Below are positions 34,586-46,090 of a stretch of 64,000 nt of DNA, piece by piece. The notes below the pieces were generated by a model that saw only the letters and a program-made list of their open reading frames with translations, was not told the DNA's origin and did no database searches. Position 1 is the first letter of the stretch; every line of letters starts with the position of its first letter. A program made the translations under genes and the position numbers. This stretch comes from Antedon mediterranea (taxonomy: Eukaryota; Animalia; Echinodermata), in assembly GCF_964355755.1 (NCBI RefSeq), contig NC_092673.1:27587648-27651647 (forward strand), read 5' to 3'.

Positions 34586-36150
34586 GGTGTCGGAAGAGCA
34601 TTGGCTGTTGGTACAAGCCGTCGAAATTTCTGCATCTGGTGGCGAGAAAGAGCATCAGCTATAACGTTATGTTTCCCTGCAATATGAGTAGCGCATATAT
34701 GATAATTATGGATAGCAGAATGATATGTTAGTTTCCTCATCAATTTCATAATATCAGGTATTCTGGACCTACCCTTGGAGACAATTTCAACCGTGGCCAT
34801 ATTATCGCAAAAGAACATTATTCGTTTCCTAGACCAATTATTACCCCATAATACACATGCCATGACGATGGGATAAAGTTCAAAGAACGCCATGGACGTC
34901 TTGTCCGTAAGGTATATTTGTGGGAAATTTCCCTGAAACCATTCGTTCCGATATATACCACCAAACGATGTGCGTGTTGCATCGGTGTACAGCGAAATGT
35001 CATTAGCAATTGTTATGTTATCATTTAAAAAGAAAGATACACCATTCCAGTGTTTTAAAAACAGGGACCACATCGCTAAATCGGCCCTACAATCTTTGTT
35101 GATACGTATATGATGGTGTAGTTTCTTGACTGTAGTTGACAGGCTGATTAAGTGCGATACAAATGAACGGCCAGGGTGTATGACCCTACAAGCAAAATTT
35201 AGATGCCCCAAGAGACTCAGTAATTCTCTTTTTGTACAGGAGGCACGCTTACTGAATTCCGTTGTAATATTTTGAATTCTAGCTATTTTTTCTGTTGGTA
35301 GTCTCGCTTCCATGTTAATCGAGTCGAGGTATATACCAAGGTATTCTAACGACGTAGAAGGTCCTTCTGTTTTCTTTTCTGATAGCGGAATACCAAGGGT
35401 TTTAAACATATCCAGAAAACGTATTTTGGTTGACTGTGCGTTTGCCGTCGGAGATTCAATTACAAGAAAATCGTCCAGAAGATGAAGAATATTATGAATG
35501 TTATAAACATTGGAAGCTATCCAACAAACTGCTTGGGATAGTGTGTCAAATATTTTTGGACTTGAACGACAGCCAAAAACATGTTGTTTAAAAAAGTAAT
35601 AATTGTTCGTTCCATTTAATTCCATGGTAGTATCTGAGTCCGGGGTGGATGGGTATTATTTTGAATGCGTCGGTTATATCTGTTTTTATCAATAATGCTC
35701 CACGACCCTGATTTTTAATAATTCTAATAGCGTCGTCTATTTTGACGTATTGTAGTGAATACTGCTCTTTATCTATAAGTTCGTTCAAGCTCGGGTTGTT
35801 AATATCATCGTGCGGAGCGGACAAGTCAACGATTAGTCTCTTTTTGTTTGAATATTTGCCTTCTGCGATGCCAATAGGGTTTATGCGATATTGATTGTAT
35901 GGAATAACGTTGTATTATATGGGCCTAATAAATATCCCTTGGTAACTTCTGTTTTTATCAATTCGGCAACCGTATCGGGTTGCCTTGTAGCCGATTTTAA
36001 GTTCTTACATTCAATCGATTGCTCTGGAAGTGATTTGATACCTGTAGAAAAACCATGTACCAACCCGTCTAACAAATAGTTCTTTAGATACGTGTATGGA
36101 CACAGTGCCATATGCTTATGTAGCTGTTCAATATTTATAGGGGTGGTTAT
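34552..36150 (-). pseudogene. DIRS/Ngaro reverse transcriptase-RNase H (frameshifted)
   Basis: TPINI, GLVHGFSTG, RLIVDLSAPH, KTDITDAFKIIP, FGCRSSPKIF, HLLDDFL, LYTDA, FCDN, NVIADALSR. Confidence 0.88.
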
Positions 36151-36257
36151 TGTTGTATCGTAGTTAGCTGTTTCGTTTAACGTTGTGCAGTGGCCCCTAT
36201 CATTTGAGGCCCCTGTCCGTTTTTTGACCACCTGCACGCTGACTGTGAGTGGCCGCC

Positions 36258-37415
36258 TTAACATAACAAGCAAATGTGAGCTAAATTGCAGTTTGTCTTT
36301 ACACACCCTCTATCACCCGTTATAATTGTTGCAGATTTCTCTGCCTTGATGAAAGACGCGTCGTCGACCATACCAGTCGTTGTCTGCGTTAGGGATGGTC
36401 GTATTCCTAGTAGCTTTCTTAGGTAAGTTTTCGGATATATCGCAGAAGGCTGTACTGTGTAGTGTGCTGCTGCAATAGTTGCATGTGTTAGGGCGACTAT
36501 TGGCAAAAATGTTACAGAAAAGCGTGTTGTTTCGTATGGACCAGTCGACAAGGACATTGTTGTATCTCAAATGTGAAGCCGCAATTAAGCTAAATTGTTT
36601 GTGATATTCATAAAAACCATTTCCAGGGTATCGAGAAGCCATGTCTACAATGTCCCTTTCGTATTTGTCGAGCTCCTCTCTCCGCTGGGGGTGGGCAGTG
36701 CATATGATATGTTTATAAATCCGAAAGGCTTGGATAAATTCTCCAATATTAAGGGATTTTGCCAATCGTGGATCGTGTTTGAACAAATTAAGTTCATCTT
36801 TATTGTCTCGGGGCGAAGCATTGAATGAAGGAATTAATAGAGAAGCAAGATTAATGTTCCTACCTGATACTATTTGTTGGCGGATTGCAGGTGATATAGT
36901 TTCCACCATGGGCAGTGATTCCGCAGCGTATCCAAACCTGGTCCGTATGTGTGTTCCTCTTTGTGAGGATTCTTCAACAACAGTTGCCGACGTACTAGGC
37001 CGTTCGAATGCCTCGACTACTGAATGGCTCCAGTGTGATGTCCTCACTTGTCGGTGCTCTAGAGCTAGTGGCAGTATTATTGATTAGTGAAGGACTACCA
37101 ACTGCCGGCTGTTGTTGAGAGCTCAGCGAACTCACTTTTTGTGTCAATGATGCCACATTTTGTTGCAGATTTTGAACTGTTGTTGACAACTTAGAAACTA
37201 AGTCTATCAGTACCCTGTTTGTAGGATTTCTACTCTCGGCAGCTTGAGGTTCAAGTGCTGGCCGAGCAATAGCGGCTTCATTGAATAAGCGCAACAACTG
37301 TGCTTTTGTGGCCTTAGATGAGTGTCCAATTCCAAGTTTCTTAAGTTCACCTTTTAGTTTCGCTACTGACCAATTATCATACGGCGCTGAGCGTTTGCTT
37401 CTTGTTGGAGCCATT
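36258..37415 (-). pseudogene. DIRS/Ngaro gag-like ORF (frameshifted)
   Basis: MAPTRSKR.. HeH/LEM-like start, coiled coil, INLASLLIP, DPRL..L.IGEFIQAF..YK, FYEYHKQFS, C-terminal CNNYN...C...C..AHICLLC zinc finger, spread across ORFs 36995..37615, 36313..37047 and 36258..36557. Confidence 0.8.
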
Positions 37416-38563
37416 TTAATAATATCAGTAAAATTAATGAAACTGCCGTTGAAGAATAATAAATGAAATTGTGTCTCGAATAAATTGATTACAGATTCGC
37501 TTGAAATGTACTGAAATACGCACAGTAAACAAAATGATACAATAAACCGTTGTATAAATACTCCAAGTAAGATGAACGTTTGGATGAAGGTTGAACGATT
37601 CCTATTATGGAACAAAGGCTATGATATGGACAATTAATAGTACTGAGATTCAAAGTAATATATCCACAAAGTATCCAAAGATTGAAAAGTTTGTACTACT
37701 ATCGAACGGCTAATTTAACAATGAAGTGTGCTAGTATGCATCTTAGTAAACAACTGAAAACACACTGAATTCCCATTGGTTGCCAATTAGAAATTAGCCT
37801 ATCCTACATTTTTTTGGTTCCACTATTAGATATACCCGTTGGTCTATAGAAATACATTGTCAATTACTGTGGTTGGAACTTTGATAAAGGGTCTCCCTTG
37901 ACTAACATTCCGTTTTAATTACCTGTAAAAACAATATACCATTCATCCTAACACTTCTATTACTCTGAAATCTACCCACATTTATATACCATATCCTTAG
38001 TTAAAAGAAAGTACTTGTGCTGTGTATAAACTATAATTTATTACTTTAAATTTCCTGAAAAAAAATATTTTTGTTTTTTTACGTAAATAAATTAATGTTA
38101 TTACATTTCGTCTGGAAAATCGTCACGAGCGAAAGTAAACAAAGATTTCAAACTACGAGTATGCATTATGCATATCCTAATTAGGATTGTTTACAACTCG
38201 TCGCGGTTGAGAAGGTGTTTTCACAATATCGCGAGGAAGTTTATGATTATGCATACAGAGTAACCAAAATAAGCGCGTTGCATTATGAGATATGTTTTGA
38301 TCGAAAACTTTGACTGAAAGTCAAAGTTATTTTTTTTTCAAAAAAACGTCTGTACTTCAGTTAAATTTCTTTTTTCGACTAATTTTTGGTGAAAGTTAAT
38401 AACTATTATGATACTTCAAATTGACCCACTTTTTTTCGAAATATTAAAAAATGTTTTTTTAGTCAAATGGACAATACATCTTTAATATTTTAATTGTTTG
38501 ATTAATAGAAAACCGTTACATACAGTCTGTTAAGGAGACACTTTTCCATGATATGAACTAGGG

Positions 38564-38971
38564 GAAGTAAATAAACTATACGGAGTGTAGAAACCACATA
38601 TCCACACGAAGCGCGTACGTACGTGCGCAGTGTAAGGTTAATAGGCTAGGCTAGTTCAGGACAATAATATATACAACGGTACAATAATTGAAACACGATA
38701 ACATACAGTAACACGTAGTAAAATATGTAAAGTTAAAACGCTAAATATCAAAATGTAATAGTGCTAATAATTAGGACAACTAATTATTATCGTAAAACTT
38801 GTATTAAAACTCGCAATGGTTTGCTCATAAAAATGTCGATGTCTTCTCGTTGAAAACTTGACGCAGAGAGAGAGAGATCGCTCGTTGCGCGTTCACTATA
38901 TTTACAACAGCAATTTGCATAACTTTACGCGTTGAGCGTACACACGCAAATATGTGTGTGAAGTTCCTACA
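38564..38971 (-). repeat. 3' LTR (truncated)
   Basis: Near-identical to 43389-43793; begins TGTAGGAA on the minus strand, next to the PPT. Confidence 0.92.
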
Positions 38972-39045
38972 TAGCTCCCCCCTAGCTCTTTGCCGCTAGG
39001 TGAGAGCGATAGAAAAAATAAGTTCATAAAGTTAGTAAAAAGTAT

Positions 39046-42000
39046 TCAGGTACAGTAATGCTCATTGAATTTTTGTGGCCAATGTACGTGTCGTCCAGAG
39101 CGAGTTTGGCGGGGTGGCGACGGTGCGATTGCAATGTGCGTCTCTGTCGTATGATGTTGCTGCCTGACTAGGTCCGTAGAATTAGTTTGATCCGTATCTA
39201 AGTAAGCCGGTTTCAGTCTATCGAGACTTACTGTGTCCTGTTTTCCTGCAAGTTGTACAACGAAAAATTTGTCGCTCCTGCTAACAACTTTAAACGGGCC
39301 ATTGTAAGGGCACTGTAGAGGCTTGCGGACTTTATCACAGCGAATGAAAACGTGTGTACACTTAGCTAAATCTGTATGTACGTGTACCTTACGAGAATTG
39401 TGTCGCGTCGGTGTTGGACGTATGTTTTGCATAATGCGCTGCAGTCGATGAATATAGTTACTAGGGTCCAAGTCAGCATTAGTGGAAGAAGGCGTAACAA
39501 ACTGCCCTGGCAAACGTAACGTGGTGCCGAAAACTAATTCTGCTGACGATAGCCCCAAGTCTTCCTTGACCACCGTGCGAAGACCAAGAAGTACTAGCGG
39601 TAAAGCATCTGACCATAGCTGAGGGTCGTCGAGGGCCTTAAGCGAACCTTTGAGTTGGCGATGGAACCTTTCTACTAATCCATTGGCTATTGGGTGGTAT
39701 GATGTAGTGTGTATGCGTTTCGTACCCAGTAAGTTCACTAGCGCATTAAACAGCGATGATTCAAACTGGCTGCCACGATCGGTAGTAATGGTCGATGGTG
39801 CCCCAAACATGGACACCCATTTACAAACGAAAGCTTTAGCGACGGTTGCTGCCGAAATATCGGGAATAGGTATGGCCTCTGCCCATCTCGTAAAACGGTC
39901 AATGCATGTCAATAGGTAGCTGTTGCCATCAGACGGTCGAAGCAGACCAACAAGGTCGATGTGGACATGATCGAAACGCGCGTCTGGTGTGGCAAAAGTT
40001 CCCAACGGTGTAATAGTGTGGCGATGTACTTTTGCCTTTTGACACTGCACTGAACACAACACTTCGCCCAGTTACGTACGTCTCGATTCATGCTCGGCCA
40101 AACGTATCGAGTACTCACTAACTTCAATGTAGCCCTAATTCCAGGATGCGATAGTGAATGTAACGAATCGAAAACGTACGTCCCTGCGCAACTCCTTAGG
40201 GACGAAAGGTCGAGGAGTGCCCGTACTTATGTCACATACGATAGTTCCATCACTGGTGGCTATTGGTGCGTCATGCAAATCAAAAGTCAATTCCTGCAAA
40301 TGACGAAGTAACTCCTCATCATTCTTCTGCTGCTCGGCCATGACTGTGAAGTCAATGACATCTGACGACTTCGCAGTAAGGACAGGTGTGTTAAAGGTGT
40401 TTTGATTGATGCGAGATAATGCGTCTGCAACTTCGTTTTGCGAACCCTTAACGTGTCGGACATCGGTGGTAAATTGTGAGATGTAATCTAGGTGACGAAT
40501 CTCTCGAGGTGAGTAGCGGTCCGAGCTTGCTTTCAGTGCAAATGTGAGCGGTTTGTGGTCTGTGAGGATGAAAAATTCCCTTGCTTCAAGCAAATGACGA
40601 AAATGTCGGATAGCAAGGTAAGCGGCTAACAGTTCTCGTCCGAATGTGCTGTACCTTGTTTCAGCTGGATTCATTCTGCGCGAGAAGAATGCGATAGGAT
40701 GCCAGACGTCTTTTACCATCTGTTGTAGCACACCACCAACCGCAAAGTTAGATGCATCAACCATTAAACATAATGTGGCGGATGAATCGGGATGTTCCAG
40801 ATAAGTTGCCTCTGCAAGTGCTACCTTAACAGCCTCAAAAGCCGTAATCGCCGTCGGTGGTAATGTAATTGATTTTCGAGGTTTACCTGCCAGTAAATCA
40901 GTCAACGGATGAACTATATCTGAACATTGAGGAATAAAACGCCTGTAGAAGTTGATTAATCCTAAGAATTCACGCAGTTTACGGACTGTGTCGGGTACAG
41001 GAAATGTTTCGATAGCTTCTATCTTGGAACGTAGTGGTCGGATACCCATGTCGTCGATATGATGTCCCAGAAATGTCAAAGACGAAACTCCCCATTCACA
41101 TTTGACAGGATTAACTACAATACCAAATTCTTCAAGACGGTCGAACAACAACTTGAGGTGAATTTCGTGTTCTTGTTCATCATTGCTGGCTATGAGAAGA
41201 TCGTCGATGTATGCGTATACAAAATCCAAACCACGTAAAACTTTATCGATGAACCGCTGGAATGTCTGTGCTGCGTTTCTAAGTCTAAACGGCATTCTTA
41301 AAAATTCGAACATCCCAAATGGTGTCGTTATTGCGGTTTTCGGCACATCTTCTGGTGCAACAGGTATCTGGTGATAGGCTCGTACCAGGTCAATCTTAGA
41401 GAAAACTTTCTTTCCCTGAAAGCGTAGCTGTGAAATCGTGAATATGAGGGATTGGATATCTATCCGGAACTGTAGCATTATTGAGGGCTCTGTAGTCTCC
41501 ACATGGTCTCCAATCACCTTCTGTTTGCTTCGCAACCATGTGAAGCGGCGAAGACCAGCAACTTTTTGACGGTTGAATAATGCCCAGCTGAAGCATATGG
41601 TCGAACTCAGCTCGTGCGATTTTGAGTTTCTGTGGAGCCAATCTCCGAGGTCGGGCAGCGATCGATGGACCTTTGGTAGTTATACGATGAGTGACATCAT
41701 GCTTTAGTTTGGCCTCTTTGAAACTCGGACGTGTAATTTTGGGACTAAGCGAGCAGAGCTTAGATGCAGTACCTTGCATACTTAAATTAGTAGTAGAATC
41801 AATTAACTTGCGGTGTTTAACATCGACTAACAAACCAAAATGTTGCAGAAAGTCTGCGCCGACAATTGCTGAGGGAACATCGGCTATAGTAAACACCCAT
41901 CTGCATGTCCGTCTAAAACCAAAATCAAGTGTTAAAGATCGTTCACCATAGGTGTTGATTTGAGAGTTTGTTAACGGCTTGCAAAACAAAATCACTTTGT

Positions 42001-42165
42001 CGCTGTTGACGGTCTTGTTTTGTTGCAGGAAGGACGCTAATCTCGGCTCCCGTATCTACTAAAAACTTTAGTCCAGTATCTCTATCATAAATGTGAAATA
42101 AGCGACTATCAGAAACGGTGCCGGACGAATTCGTCGCAGTTATTCGCCGGCTTTGGAGTTTTCCG
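39046..42165 (-). pseudogene. pol: Gypsy pol (protease, RT, RNase H, integrase), broken by several frameshifts
   Basis: [71 protein letters not shown] and GPF motif, split across ORFs 41943..42194, 41396..41995, 40135..41535, 39909..40127 and 39046..40062. Confidence 0.9.
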
Positions 42166-43024
42166 AAGTTGGGAAACTGCATGGCGACCTGCACCTACGT
42201 GCTGCCTTGCCAAACCGGGTGTGATACCAGCACTGCTCTGAGTCATTTTCATTGGTTTGTGTTCGTTTAGCGCTGGAAGAACGGTTCCGATTTCGGCTTC
42301 TGCTCCTGCTCTTATCCCGATGTTGATCGTTTGCCAAGGATGATACCATTGCAGTCAACTTGTTAATTTCAGCTCGTAGCGTTTGAATTTCGTTTCGGTC
42401 GGCGTTAGCACTTGTCGGGTTAGAGATTGCGGCTACTCTGGGTTGGCTGGGAGAAACCTCTAAAATTCTGTCGGCTAATTCCGCTATCTGAGCGACGGTA
42501 ACGTTTCCGCCTGTTGCGGCTAAAATCAGTTGCACGTTATTGGGCAATCGCTGAATGAACAACTGTTTCAAGATCGAATCCTCTAATGTGCGGCTGCCTA
42601 ACAACTGATACATTTTGCGCAATAGTTGTGTTGGTTTTCTGTCACCCAATTCCTCCGTAGTGAGCAGTTGGTGCAACCGTTTCTTTTCCGAATCGGAGGT
42701 CCGCTTAATTAACTCTTTCTTTAACTTGCTGTATGGACCCTCAGCAGGAGGAGCTAAGAGCAGATCACGTACCTCCTGGACGATCGAAGGCTGTAACGAC
42801 GCCACGATATAGGCAAATTTCGTAGCTTCCGTGGTAATATTGCGAGTTGCGAACTGCGCTTCCACTTGGGCAAACCATATCGCGGGATCGTTAGCCCAAA
42901 ATGGTGGTAGCTTGAGGGTAAATGCCGCTAAAGGTAATGCGCGTTGCGTGGCGACTGGTTCCCCAGCATTACCTCCCGCTTGATCCACAGCAACTGCTGC
43001 TTCGGCTGGAGGAGGATCTTCCAT
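42140..43024 (-). CDS. gag: Gypsy gag polyprotein (294 aa, intact)
   Basis: LKLPPFWANDPAIWFAQVEAQF, EELGDRKPTQLLRKM, SR-rich stretch, CWYHTRFGKAARRCRSPC (CHCC motif). Confidence 0.9.
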   Translation of the reverse strand: MEDPPPAEAAVAVDQAGGNAGEPVATQRALPLAAFTLKLPPFWANDPAIWFAQVEAQFATRNITTEATKFAYIVASLQPSIVQEVRDLLLAPPAEGPYSKLKKELIKRTSDSEKKRLHQLLTTEELGDRKPTQLLRKMYQLLGSRTLEDSILKQLFIQRLPNNVQLILAATGGNVTVAQIAELADRILEVSPSQPRVAAISNPTSANADRNEIQTLRAEINKLTAMVSSLANDQHRDKSRSRSRNRNRSSSAKRTQTNENDSEQCWYHTRFGKAARRCRSPCSFPTSENSKAGE

Positions 43025-43267
43025 TTTCGCCTCAAAAAATTAATAATTGTTTTAGGCCTACCTTATAATTAAAAGTAAACTGTGTTTTGTAACAGAAATG
43101 TTTTCAAAAATAGTTGTACGTAGTACTATATATATAGTACGATCAATGCTGTTTGCTGCCTCGTATACAGGATAGGCTTAGATAGGCCGAGTATCGCTAA
43201 TAATAGCCTACAAATGTTACATACAAGAAGTACAGCCTACAGATGAATACTCCACTAGTCCATACGA

Positions 43268-43285
43268 ATCACGTCGGGGTCACCA
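43268..43285 (-). promoter_or_regulatory. Primer binding site complementary to the tRNA-Trp 3' end
   Basis: TGGTGACCCCGACGTGAT on the minus strand, immediately after the 5' LTR. Confidence 0.85.
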
Positions 43286-43286
43286 C

Positions 43287-43793
43287 TTTAGGAAATAAGT
43301 AATTCGGTCTTTACTTACCCTATTTAGAATACGGTATGGAGTATTGTAGCAGTCAAACGATGTCCAAAGCTGGAAGTATCCTAGGCTCGAAGTAAATAAA
43401 CTATACGGAGTGTAGAAACCACATATCCACACGAAGCGCGTACGTACGTGCGCAGTGTAAGAATAGGCTAGGCTAGTTCAGGACAATAATATATACAACG
43501 GTACAATAATTGAAACACGATAACATACAGTAACACGTAGTAAAATATGTAAAGTTAAAACGCTAAATATCAAAATGTAATAGTGCTAATAATTAGGACA
43601 ACTAATTATTATCGTAAAACTTGTATTAAAACTCGCAATGGTTTGCTCATAAAAATGTCGATGTCTTCTCGTTGAAAACTTGACGCAGAGAGAGAGAGAT
43701 CGCTCGTTGCGCGTTCACTATATTTACAACAGCAATTTGCATAACTTTACGCGTTGAGCGTACACACGCAAATATGTGTGTGAAGTTCCTACA
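43287..43793 (-). repeat. 5' LTR
   Basis: Begins TGTAGGAA; ends in a mutated inverted terminus adjacent to the PBS. Confidence 0.9.
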
Positions 43794-44303
43794 GAGGTTT
43801 CGCAACCTTACGAATACGATAACGAAAACGGATACGTCACACATTTGTGAAACTTTTGAGCTGATCCCCATTTCATAGTCGTAAGCGTATTCGTGTTGAC
43901 GAATATCACCAGTCATCATATTCGTAACTACAAAACGAGTATAGTTTTTGATCTATTTTGCACATTTTGCATTTGAATCAGGAATGATTCATGATTATAA
44001 TATAATTATAGATTTATTGAAAGTAGGCTAATTTACTAAAGTAATTTACTAAAATGCCAAGTCAATTTATTTGATAAATAGCAGTTTTTAAAGTCCTCAC
44101 TCGCTTTGATGTTAGGCAGCCAAGCACCAAGCAACACGTACCACTCTGCACCTGCGCTTCGCTCAAATTTACCGCAGTTATATTTTGGACGGCGCCCTCA
44201 ATATTTCGTTGCCATCCGAAACAGATTTTTTTATGGCTTACGAAAAACGAATACGTGTGCGTGACGTATCCGTTGTCGTTATCGTAGGTTGCGAAACCTC
44301 TCT
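43794..44303. mobile_element. MITE abutting the Gypsy 5' LTR
   Basis: Inverted termini gaggtttcgcaacct..acgataacg..acggatacgtcac / gtgacgtatccgttgtcgttatcgtaggttgcgaaacctctc. Confidence 0.7.
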
Positions 44304-45899
44304 ATTAAGTGGTTAAATTCAACCAAAAACCCATTGGCTGGCATTGTTGCTTGAAATTAAATGTTTTTGTTGGTAAATACATTTTTTTTTATTCAATTTT
44401 TAATCAAAGTGAATATATATTAGGTGACATTGAAATGGTTTATTCAACATAAAAAATTGTAAGAATTACTGTATATTTATTTATAGGCCTATATATTATT
44501 TTATTACACATTTATAATATCAATTATTGTATAATTATTATATAAATAAGAATGATTAGGAAGGGTTAGTGCTTCCCGAAAGCTCTGCAATTTGTTTCTG
44601 ACTGTTTTGCCTTATCATTTTGATTTCGCTTTTTGGTGTTTTTATTTTCCCAAATAAGATCCGCCAAGAGTGTTGTCATTTTCGCATTTTGATTTATATA
44701 AAAATAACATTTACAAATACACTCTTAATTTTCGTTTTCAATCGTTCTCAATATTGTTCATTTTTATCGTTTACAAAAATAATACATGAATTAAAAATGT
44801 ATGTATTAGCATAATAGGAGTATATAAAATTGCACAATATACTCGTTGTTTTACTTTTGACCCCTGAATTTCACAATACCTTAAACAGAACACAAAGTTG
44901 AATACCCTTATATATTTTAAATATGTATAGGAATTCTAAATCGAAAGATTGTATTGTATAATAATGGTACCAGCAATTTATATCTACATTACCAATTTAC
45001 ATCTATCAATAGGACTTCACAGCATGTTTGCGAGGCGTTTGTGGAATTAAATCAGTTGGCACTACATATCGTACCGCGCACTGATGTAGCACCCGATATT
45101 CTCTTCACTGTATCTCAACACTCTCGCATAGCATTTTCTGTCCAGTATCATGTCAAATTCTGCAATACATTGGCACATCTGGTATCTGTAATATGTTACG
45201 GTTAGGTTAGTCTTTGGGCCTACGATGTAAAACCGATTCTCTTCACTCGAACGGTATTTTCTATTCTGTTTCATGGCAAATTCTTTAATACAATGTGACA
45301 TGTTATATGTTAAGGTTACGGTTAGGTTAGTCTTTGGGCCTACGACGTAAGACCCGATTCTTGTCACTGTATCACCACACTCGCATGGTATTTTCTGTCC
45401 AGTATCATGGCAAATTCTATGAAATTATGAAAGCGAATTCCATCATTGGTCGGATCGGTAAGCCTTATACACATTTTCAAATAATATTTAATGTTTGTTG
45501 AAGGCATAACACGTCAGTCTACGTTTAAAATTAGCGCAAAAAAGTTAATTAAATTCTGGACTGAGCGAAAAAATGCGGGTGTGCTATTTAAGAATTCATA
45601 TATTAAATATAGGGGCCTAACTCGAGGTTTTGATAAGTTTTTGTGAATTAATTCATCATACATCAATGATGCTGAAAATCAATGCCACTGTAAGTATGCC
45701 CAAATATTCAGGAAGATCTGAAAAAATTGTGTACTAACAAAGCAACAAACACAACCAAGAAAGTAGGCTTTCGTCTATATTTGCACATTTCATTTGGCCA
45801 AGTAAAATACATCTTTTTTTTATAGCGCATACCATTAATATGGATAGACAAACTAGGCCTATATAGATCATGTTTCTCATCAAAAAGAGTTATTTCATG

Positions 45900-46090
45900 T
45901 TTTAAATGTTCTCCGCGAGGAGCGAGACAGATAGCCGAGTTGTTATCCATGACACATACAACATTGAATATGGCGCCGTGGTTTTAAATGCTCTATCCGC
46001 GAGACAGATAGCAGAGCTCGTTATCCGTGGCACATACAACATTAAATATGGCGCCGTGGTTAAATGTTCTATCCGCGAGACAGATAACAG
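45900..46090. repeat. Short tandem repeat, ~2.5 x ~75-80 bp
   Basis: ccgcgagacagatag...ttatcc.tg.cacatacaacatt.aatatggcgccgtggtt.aaatg repeated. Confidence 0.75.

Larger units (their letters stand above)
33190..37450 (-). mobile_element. DIRS-superfamily (Ngaro-like) tyrosine-recombinase retrotransposon, degenerate
   Basis: Overlapping gag, RT/RNase H and tyrosine recombinase frames, with multiple frameshifts. ~120-bp terminal repeats are triplicated at 33200-33550. Confidence 0.9.
38564..43793 (-). mobile_element. Ty3/Gypsy LTR retrotransposon, CsRn1-like clade, defective
   Basis: 5' LTR 43793-43287; 3' LTR 38971-38564 (truncated ~100 bp); tRNA-Trp PBS; polypurine tract at ~38972-38985; gag-PR-RT-RH-IN order. 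Confidence 0.95.

Noticed and set aside
45573-45580. Gcm-type site ATGCGGGT as a pigment-cell enhancer for the PKS
   Set aside because: It is a single 8-mer 19 kb from the start codon; a chance occurrence in 64 kb is unremarkable.
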